Source: Raja brachyura
Taxonomy: Eukaryota
Reading direction: 5' to 3'
DNA length: 64,000 nt
Assembly: GCA_963514005.1 (NCBI GenBank)
Contig: OY740785.1
Location: forward strand, 51,522,001-51,586,000
Part shown: positions 54,878 to 64,000 of the stretch, in pieces
How positions within the stretch are numbered: the first letter of the stretch is position 1
Layout: every line of letters starts with the position of its first letter
Program-made: the position numbers and the translations under genes
Notes under the pieces: generated by a model
Database searches by the model: none
What the model saw: only the letters and a program-made list of their open reading frames with translations
What the model was told of the DNA's origin: nothing

Positions 54878-55125
54878 ATTTAGATTTTAGACTTTGGAGA
54901 TACAGAACCAAAACGGGCCTTTTGGCCCACTGAGTCCTTGCTGGCCAGCGATCACCCTGTACAATAGCATTATCCTACACAATAGGGACAATTTTACCAA
55001 AGCCAATGAACCCACAAACCTGCATATCTTTGGAGTGTGGGAGGATAACTGCACCTGGAGAAGACCCATACAGTCACTGGAGAACATGCAAGCTCCATAG
55101 AAACAGCACCCATAATCAGGATTGA
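54878..55125 (-). mobile_element. V-SINE (HE1-like), head truncated
   Basis: Reverse complement of B box, V-domain and CR1-like tail. Confidence 0.75.
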
Positions 55126-56183
55126 ACCAATTTTCTATCCATGTCAGCACTACCCCAATACCATTTGCACTAATTTTGCCCACTAATCTCCTATGTGGGA
55201 CCTTATATCATTATTCCATTTCCTCCAAAATCCCAAAGGTGTTTGAATTGGTGGGTTAACTGCCTCATGTAAATTGGCCTTAGTGTGAAGATGAGAGGTG
55301 CAATCTGGGTTTGTTGGTGTGAGTGGTATGAAGGGGGAATAGATTACAGGGGAAATTACAGCCTACCCTTATTATTGTGATACTCTTTGTAATGATTTAG
55401 TTAATAACAGACGGAACGTCTCCATTGTAATCAGATGTCACTGTGTCTTTAAGAACACAGGTTGATAATTACACTGCGGGAGGTCTCTGAAATTGACAAG
55501 CAATTGCTTCGATCAACTCTTGTGCCGTGATACTCTATTAAACAATGTAACAAACTTTAGCAGTAACAAAAAATACATTTTTAGCTGTTAAAAAGAGCTT
55601 TGTATTTGAAAACAAATATCAGAAGAGTTTTGAAGATGTTTAAGATTATGGAGGGTGGGAGATAGATGGCCAACCAGGAGATAGCGAGGTCCTCAATGAA
55701 TATTTCTGTTTTTATTGTGGAGAAAGATGTGAAGATGATGGCATTCGGGGAATGTTCATGGGGATGTCTTGGGTACAGTCCAAATTTCAGGAGCTGAACA
55801 TCTTAAAACATATGAAAGATAAATCTCTGGCTCCTGATCAGGTACATCCAAGAACACTGTGGGAAGCTAACAATTGCAGGGACTGGTGCAGAAAGGCATT
55901 CTGGTCAGCCTGAATGAGTTGGGCTGAATGTTCTGTTTCTGTGCTGTATGACTCTATAACTAGGACATCATTGGAATCTGGGATTAAAATTGGGGAGCTT
56001 ACCAATGGCATGAATGTTACTGTGTGCAATATAATTGCTGTGAACTAAACTGCGAGCGGAAAAAGATGTATCACCTATCCTTCCCATCTTTCTTAAGAGA
56101 AAAGCTTGGAGTTTCTATCATCTATAAAATGGGGGGGACCATCAGTCAGCTGATCTGCCATTTATCTATTGTTGCTTGCACAG

Positions 56184-56374
56184 TGTTGTGAGGCAAATGA
56201 ATTTTTTACACTACTCGTAATTTACTTAAACTTTATTTAAGCTTTAAGCAACTAATTTCCGTAATACATAACTTCAAAGCGCCTGGAAAATATCGCTGAT
56301 TCTGCAGGCCTCGCCGACCCGAGACCCCGCACATGCGCACACTCTGGAAAGGCCCCACACATGCGCACACTTCA
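56184..56374 (-). repeat. 3' LTR of the Gypsy element
   Basis: Direct repeat of 60799-60989; contains AATAAA on the - strand. Confidence 0.92.
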
Positions 56375-56388
56375 TTCTCCACTCATAT

Positions 56389-59260
56389 TTATAAGTTGAG
56401 ACGGTCAGGAGGTTTAATATGTCTTGATGACTGTCGCAGCACTGGAGCAACAGCAGATAATGGTGTTTCAATAGCTGGTGGTACATATATTGCTTGGTCA
56501 TCAACTTCACTCATATTGTTATTTACATTTTCAATTTTAGAATTACTTTTAGAAGCTTTCATAGGGGATGATGGGAGTGTTGAAGCAAGTTCTCGATTAA
56601 TGTTATCAAGGAGTGATGGAGCTGATGGAGAAGACTGACATGGTGCAAGGTCACGAAGTGAGCCAGTTGACTGACGTCGATCCTGATACTTGATAGTTGC
56701 ATAAAAAGGGTTAACATCAATCAGTTCAACTTCATCAACAAAAGGCTCATTCCTATTTGATCGGACATACCGACGAAGCAACAGGCCCGGGCTAGTCAAC
56801 CATGATGGCAGAGAAGTACCACTAGAAGAACGCCATTTGAAGTTAAAGAACCACTCATGCGTAGTAGTATTGGTAGCAGTTGATAGTAGAGACCTGATGG
56901 AGTGTAATGCATCGGGTAGAACACGTTCCCACTGCTGATCTGGTATGTCATTTGACTTCAAAGCCAGTTTCACTGCTTTCCAAATGATTCCGTTATACCT
57001 CTCAACCTGACCATTTCCAATAGGATGATATGGTGTTGTTTTACTTGTTGCAGTTCCTCTATTAGAAAGGTAGTCTTTTAACTCTTTTGACATGAATTAG
57101 GTGCCCCTATCAGAATGTATGTAACTTGGAAATCCACAGAATGAAAACAGTTGATCTAAACATTTGATAACCGTAGCAGCTGACATATTTAGACAAGGAA
57201 AGGGAAATGGAAACCTTGAATATTCAGCAACTATGGTAAGTATATAAACATTTCAAGAGGAGGATGGTAAAGGCCCTTTGTAGTCAATACTCCAATGTTC
57301 CATAGGTTGAGTATCTTTGATCAATCTTCCTTATTCAGGATGTAAGAACCTTGCTTTTAATTCAGCACAGATTTTACATGAAGCACATGTCATCTTCACA
57401 TCTTCTGTAGAGAAAGGTAAGTTTTTGAAAGGAACATAGTGTAACAAACGAGTGACTCCAGGATGACACAGCCCATTGTGAAGATCAGTGATTGCAGAAG
57501 AATGAACAGAGACACAAAATGCTCGGGTTAATGTATCCGGAGCAACATTATCCTTACCAGGGCGGTACCCAATTGAATAACTATATGCAGATAATTCAAT
57601 CCTCCATTCATGAATTTTACTGTTTTTAATCTTCATTTGCTTCTGATTATCTAGCATAAAAGCTACTGAACACTGATCAGTTATCAAAGTAATGTGCTGG
57701 CGAGCAAGGAAATGACTCAATTTTCTCACTGCTTCAATAATTGCTGTAGCTTTCTTTTCGGCGGGTGGGTAGTGCAATTCACTACCTTGGAGAGTACGAG
57801 ACATGAAAGCCACTGGTCGCCCTCCTTGATTTAATGTTGCTAATACTACTAAATCAGAGGCATCACATTCAACAACAAAGGGGAGGTCCTCATCGATGGC
57901 GTGTAATGTCGCAGATTCTAATTGTTTCTTTAAAGAAGTAAAGGCACCAATTGCTGTCGAGTCAAGGGGGAAAGATTTTGCTCTAATCAAAGGTTGAATT
58001 TTGTCAGAAAAATTTGGTATCCATTTACAATAATAAGCAAACATACCAATAACCCTTTGTATAGAGTTTAATGTAGCTGGAACAGGTATCTCTTGGAGTG
58101 AGCGGAATCTTTTTGGATCAGGCTTGATTATATGATTTCCAACACAATAACCAAGAATATTAATTGGTGACACTGATGTTATTGACTTTGCCTCATTTAA
58201 TGTTAGATTTTTTGAATGTACAACTTCTAAAAACCGTTGTACATGTTCGTCATGTTCAGCTTGGTCTTTTCCTGCAATAGTTATATTATCAAGATAAGGG
58301 AAAGTATCTTTAAGGTTTTCCTGTTCAACAAGTTTGTCCATCTCTCTCTGAAAAACAGCCACACCATTAGTTACACCAAAAGGAACTCTGCAGTAGTGGT
58401 ATAATTTCCCATCTACTTCAAACGCAGTGTATTTCTTCTCTGATTCTTTCAAAGGAATTTGGTAGTAAGCACTTTTTAGGTCAAAAGAAGAGAATACCTT
58501 ATACTTAGCTAATGTATTGATAATCTCTTCTATACGAGGTAATGGATATGCATCAAGCTCCGTGAACTGGTTTATAGTTTGAGAGTAATCAATGCAGAGT
58601 CTCTTTCTATGTCTATACAAGGGGTCCTTAACCACGACAACTTGTGCCCTCCAAGGGGAAGACCTGGGTTCTATGATACCTTCTCGTAAAAGATTAGTTA
58701 CTTTTACGAGAAGGTATCATAGAACCCAGGTCTTCCCCTTGGAGAGCACAAGTTGTCATGGTTAAGGACCCCCTTGGAGAGAGTGTTGATAAAGTTTCTG
58801 TCATCTTTACTAAAATGTCTCGATTTTGTAGCAATTGGCTTGCACTTAGAGGATAAATTAGTGAATAATGAAGGATGTTCAACAGATGCAGCAGAAAAAC
58901 CACAAAATACTGGTGGCTTTGCCAATAGAAGATCAGGCATAGTTCCTTCATACATTATTTGAAGTGATCTGTGCTGTTGTTGAAAATCCTGACCTAGAAT
59001 TATATCGCTACACAATTTTTTCAAAATACCAAGACATACAGATTTATAACTAGTTTTGTTCAGAATAAAGTCTACAATGCAAAATCCAATAATTTGAGTA
59101 TTGAGAGTTGTCAGAGCGATCGAGATTTCTCTATTTGAAGGAATTATAGTTAGATTTAGTCAAGACACAACTTGTTCACTTATAAAACTTTCTGAATTGC
59201 CAGAATCAAGTAGTACATTAAGTGAATGGCCATTGATGGATACCGTTGTAGCTGCATGAG
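56389..59260 (-). pseudogene. Gypsy pol (protease, RT, RNase H, integrase), disrupted
   Basis: LLDSG; RLCIDYSQTIN, DLKSAYYQI, PFGVTNG, YLDN; ECDASD; HNGLCHPG..CASC; TTPYHPIGNGQVER. No chromodomain before the stop. Confidence 0.94.
58618..58776. repeat. Fold-back inverted duplication (~75-bp arms, 8-nt spacer) inside the Gypsy RT
   Basis: 58618-58692 versus 58701-58776: two substitutions and one indel. Confidence 0.9.
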
Positions 59261-59320
59261 ACAAGCTCTGAGGAAATACAGCTGCAATTGCACATAAAGA
59301 GGGCATATACATGGCAGCAG

Positions 59321-60754
59321 TCACACCTTTAGTAGTTGCTTGGACTTGCATACTCTAGAATAATGTCCCTTCTTGCCACAACTGTTACACGTTGCCTCTC
59401 GAGCAGGACATATCTCTCTATTATGAATATTACCCCCGCAAAAGTAACACTTCCTTTTCGAATAAGTATATGCTACAGCAAGGGCACATTTATCAGTAGA
59501 AATTGTTTCACCTTGCTCCATATAAGTACTTGGGTGAGATTATTTTGTAGTAGTTGCAGCAGAATACACATTAGATGAGCCATAAGCATCTGATTTTTTC
59601 TGAGCCGAGTCTAATGAGTAAGCTTGATTGTAAGCTGACCTTAAATCCAAGGTTTTGTTTTTTAATAGTCTCTGTCGTATTAAAGGCGATGCCAAACCAA
59701 TGATAAAAGTGTCTCAAATAAGTTCCTGTCGATATTGATCAGCTGTAACTGCTTTGAAGACAGTCTTTGCTAACGCCCCTGTCCCACTTACGTGTCCTTG
59801 GCATGCTAATTACGCGACAGCCGTGACAGTCTTGCGAAGGTCGCGGCGATTTCATGTGCCCGCACAGCCGTCTGGAGTGCATGACGTCATTTGAAGATGG
59901 ACGCAAAATGCAGGACTAAGTCAGTGGGACCGGCAGCATCTCTGGAGAGAAGGTATGGGTGATGTTTCGTGTCGAGACCCTTCTTCAGTCTGAAAGAGGG
60001 TCTTGACCCGAAACGTCACCCATTGCTTCTCTCCAGAGATGCTGCCGGTCCCGCTGAGTTACTCCTGCATTTTGTGTCTATCTTCAATTTTCTTGGCCCC
60101 TCTCTGGGAGTAGAAGTGGGGGCGGATCCGGACCGCAACAGCCGTGAGCCCCAGGTCGAGCTCGATGATCGTTTACCTGCTTCTGCTGCTGTTGGAGGTG
60201 AGACGTTGCGTCACGCCAGGGTCTTGGGCCTGTCCCACTTTGGCCGTCAGTTACGCGACAGGCCGTTGGCGTGCGGAGATTTGGTTGGCTACAAAAATTT
60301 CAGATGTTGCGCAAAACTCCATACCCCTCCGCGCTCCTCGGTGGGACCGGCCCCACGCGGTCATATGATGCCCGTGCACCTCAATGTAGCCACGAGGTCA
60401 CGTAATTTGCGTGCCAAGTACACGTAAGTGGGACAGGCCCTTAAGTCTTTGAAGTGACTCACCAGGTTTTTGTTTATGAGTAGCAAGGAGGTGTCGAGGA
60501 AATATTACATTGAGTGTTTTAATGAAGAGTCTGCTTAGTACATCAATAGCAGAATCATAAGTTGTACATTCCTCTATGTAATCATATACATCATAAGAGA
60601 CAGAGCTTATTAATGTCCTGAACCTGTCTGGTGCATTGTTGCCACACTTATCAACAAAGTTATTTAGTGTACAAAACCAGTGTTTCCATTCCTTTGCAGC
60701 AGTAGGTGAGTTGGGATCCAGATCCAAGCATTGTGGTTTCAATAGTTTCTCCAT
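59321..60754 (-). pseudogene. Gypsy gag, interrupted by a MITE
   Basis: MEKLLKPQCLDLDPNSPTAAKEWKHW...QKPGES; two zinc knuckles CYFCGGNIH..C and CNSCGKKGHYSRVC. Removing the MITE restores LQRLSKDC. Confidence 0.9.
59774..60441. mobile_element. PIF/Harbinger-type MITE containing a Penelope-derived palindrome (59891-60087)
   Basis: ~44-bp imperfect TIRs GCCCCTGTCCCACTTACGTG / CACGTAAGTGGGACAGGCCC; TAA TSD at 59771-59773 and 60442-60444. Confidence 0.88.
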
Positions 60755-60798
60755 CTTGATTTCACACTGCTTAACTTCTGAGGATGAGTTGCTTACAT

Positions 60799-60989
60799 TT
60801 TTGCGAGGCAAATGAAACTTATTCGCTACTCGTAATTTACTTAAACTTTATTTAAGCTTGAAGCAACTCATTTCCGTAATGCATAACTGCAAAGCATCTG
60901 GAAAATGTTGTTGATTCCGCAGGCCTCGCCGAACCGAGACCCCACACATGCGCACACTCTGGAAAGGCCCCGCACATGCGCACACATCA
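60799..60989 (-). repeat. 5' LTR of the Gypsy element
   Basis: Direct repeat of 56184-56374, bounded by the CACAG TSD. Confidence 0.92.
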
Positions 60990-63414
60990 CACAGATATAG
61001 GGTAGCAGGTTGGGCATAGGGGGAGGGGGCAGCTGTGCTGTGGAGGAGCAAAAGAAAAGAAAGCGAAGCAAAATAAAAGGGCTATAATGCCTTCGAATTA
61101 TGAATAGGGAAAGAAAGTATTTCAGCAAAAGAAACCATCAGCAGGATGAGATTGATCATTAACCAGCATTGTTGCCAATAAGCTTTTGATAAAGTAGCTG
61201 CCCAGGCATGCTGATTGCACATTAAGAAAACCTGAGTATATTTTACATTCAAAATTGGTGCAAGGGGGTGCCTGGTTTGCAGTGATTTGAGGCATCTATT
61301 GTTCCTCTGAAAATGAATCTTAACTGGGCCTGTCAGATTCCTGAGGAATGAGGAGCAAATACTGGTCCATTCAACTGTGCCAGCTGCTGTCCATCAAACC
61401 TATTTACTGTAAGAGCAAACTGATTAGAACGGTTGAAAAATTCTACAGTTATGAATCATCTTTCAGTTAGAGCAACTCTGGAAAAAAAAATGACTGCACA
61501 ACTGGCATTTATCATCCTACAATAACAAAATATTAAAGATTTACAGCACTGTCATTTCAGGTTTCTACATCCTAATCTCTGTATATTAATGTTCCACGTC
61601 CAGATACTGAGGAAAAATGAAACTCTCAAATTCAAGTTTTAGCCTTAATGAATTTCTGCATAATGAATGAATGCAAATAAAATATGAAACGCTATATTAG
61701 TGACCAGAGATCATTAAGTCAAATTTCCTTGTCCTTCCCTGTTAAATGATCCTAATAATTTTCTCATATATAGTATCTTTAATAGAGAAAATTGTCCCAG
61801 CATAATTTGTTGCAGAAATTGAGATTTGAAATAATGGTAAAGCTATCAAACTTTGCAAGTACAATGGACAAATTCCATCCGCAACTTCAGGATAGAAATC
61901 ATACATTGCTCTGTTTGCATTCCTTTCTATGTATATGTCCATAAACTAATGAATTGTTGAGAATTTCAAGTATTTATGAGCAATTTGTTTGCATAGAGTA
62001 ATGGATATTTTAACAGCAAAATAATGCAAAATTTGTGTTTTATAATTCTCTGGCCCAGACAAAAAAGGCAAATTATCTAGTTGTGTACATGTGTACAAAT
62101 TGTCATTCCTGCAAAGATTTCAAAAGACTGTACCCATTAAAGTAATGAACATGTTTTAAAGTTTAATTATTAAAACTCCTCCTGGATGCTCCATTTTTTG
62201 TGCAAAATGTTAAAAGTTTAACTGTGTTTCTTAACTCCTGGTTTTCCGTCTGTGCAAGTTATTACATGAGATTAGGTACCTGTTTTGCATGATGACCTTG
62301 TTAGCGTTTTCTCCAGTGATGCAGGTGATGTGATAAAGGATGAAGCCCACAATACAGGAACTGTTTAATCTTTGTGATTATCTTTCTTTGCAATGCCTCT
62401 ACATTGACTGTAAGTTTCAGGACAATATTGGTATGTACGCTATTGTTGCATGATGACTTTGAGATAATGGCGCCATCTGATATTTTATTGTGCCTTGCAA
62501 ACTATAAAGGTCCCAGTTCTTGTTTCAATTAACTGGTTTTGAGCCAAATCTATTCTTACCTACATTTATCTTGACAGTGAAATTAATTATTTTACAACAG
62601 TTTGCTGTGAGGTGTTTTTTGCTGGGAAGGGCATGTTTATGAAAACAAGATAATGTATTACTTTGCAATCACAAATGGTAGACTAATATTTCATACTTGT
62701 CATCAAAATTTGAAAAGGGGAGTAATGTCAATTCAGTAATATTGCAAAGAGCAGGTCCTGCCATTTGTGGTCCAGGCTTGTCTAAGAAAGGAGGGAAGAT
62801 TATCTTATTTACTCCAAAGATAAGGGAAGATAAATAATGGCAGGAAGTTGAGTTAATATGCAAATGTTGATCACATTTTCCTGTGAACTTTGTTTCAAAT
62901 ATGTGAACAATGGATTATTTTATTATTATTCTAAGTTTTTACTAGAAAGAAACAGAGATAAACAGAGAGAGAATAAGGTTTGTTTAGACTGTACTCTGTG
63001 ATGGACAATTTGGCTTAGATCTTTTTTTCATTTTAGAAGATAGGCTTAACAATTGTTGCTCATATCTTTCAGATCTGTAATTGTTTTGGTGGAGGTCTTT
63101 AGAACAAGAATTTTAGCTGCACTATTTTGTAATGATATCATCACAAACGCATGATCTGCTATATTCATTGGATACGTCATACCCACAGTAAAAAGACAAA
63201 TGGTATCATTATTTTGCAATTTATTTATAATTCTTGGGGAAGGTAAGCAAAAGAAGGAAATGTTTCTTTTTAATAAATTTCTTCAGCTCAAGTCAAATAA
63301 ACAGAACTAAAATTAAATTGAAACTGATAACAATACCAAATCAAAATGATGTTTGAAATTGGAAATAAAACATCAAAAGGGGTAATTGAGTCATGGAATA
63401 TCAGCGGAGGTTGA

Positions 63415-63870
63415 TATTGCAAGGATGGGCACAAAAAGCTGGCATAATTCAGTGGGACAGACAGCATCTCTGGAGGGAAGGAATGGGTGACGTTTCGGGT
63501 CGAGACCCTTCTTCTGATTAGTTAGGGATAAGGGAAACGAGAGACATAGACAATGATGTAGAGAGATAAAGAACAATGAATGAAAGATATGCAAAAAACT
63601 AACGATGATAAAGGAAACAGGCCATTGTTGGCTGTTTGTTGGGTGAAAACGAGAAACTGTTGTGACTTTGGTGGGGGAGGGATAGAGAGAGAGAGAGAGA
63701 ATGCCGGGTTACTTGAAATTAGAGAAATCAGCTTTCATAGCACTGGGCTGTAAGCTGTGCGAGTGAAATATGAGATGCTGTTCCTTCAATTTGTGTTTAG
63801 CCTCACACAGACAATGGAGGAGATATAGGAAAGAAAGGTCTGTGTGGAAATGGGATGGAAATGGGATGGC
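63415..63870 (-). mobile_element. Penelope-like element 3' fragment (GIY-YIG endonuclease C-terminus plus pseudo-LTR)
   Basis: ORF 63709..63981(-) ends KLKEQHLIF..SLQPSAMK.DFSNFK*, resembling the GIY-YIG C-terminal E..I..L..L.P.G.N pattern; followed by a pyrimidine tract and AAGAAGGGTCTCGACCCGAAACGTC. Confidence 0.75.
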
Positions 63871-64000
63871 AAGGCGGATATTGCATCCGATTTGTGATCT
63901 AGTGTTAGAATGGTTATATCCTGGCACTAAATATTGATCGCCAACAACCACAACCATCTTTTGTGCAAGGTATAATTCCAAACATTGGAAATTTCCTGTG

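Larger units (their letters stand above)
56184..60989 (-). mobile_element. Complete but decayed Ty3/Gypsy LTR retrotransposon
   Basis: 191-bp LTRs (56184-56374 and 60799-60989, ~21 differences by eye); outer termini TG...CA; 5-bp TSD CACAG (56179-56183 and 60990-60994); purine tract GTGGAGAA before the 3' LTR; gag-PR-RT-RH-IN order. Confidence 0.96.

Overview
Eukaryotic, AT-rich, repeat-dense vertebrate DNA. The repeat set (CR1 LINEs, tRNA-derived V-SINEs, Rex1/Babar fragments, Penelope-derived palindromes) points to a cartilaginous fish, probably a skate or ray; this is inference. Only one host exon was recognised: a + strand exon (21653-22081) encoding the N-terminal Rab27-binding Slp-homology helix of a synaptotagmin-like protein (SYTL2/SYTL1-like). 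The rest is intronic or flanking sequence. Larger elements are a full-length but decayed Tc1 transposon (29876-31470), a non-autonomous Helitron (36735-37730), a long 5'-truncated CR1 (45070-48995), a structurally complete DIRS1 tyrosine-recombinase retroelement (49528-54735), a complete Gypsy LTR provirus with a 5-bp TSD (56184-60989) and three PIF/Harbinger-type MITEs. The most notable signals are: (1) the Gypsy lacks a tRNA PBS and shows Tf1-like self-priming complementarity; (2) the DIRS insertion site resembles the element's own circle junction, and its leader has a 60-nt intron-like unit; (3) Penelope-derived palindromes carry hammerhead-ribozyme-like cores; (4) the Helitron carries a CCAAT/TATA/Inr arrangement oriented with the host gene. 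Most short ORFs in the track are repeat debris or noise. All coordinates and mismatch counts were read by eye.
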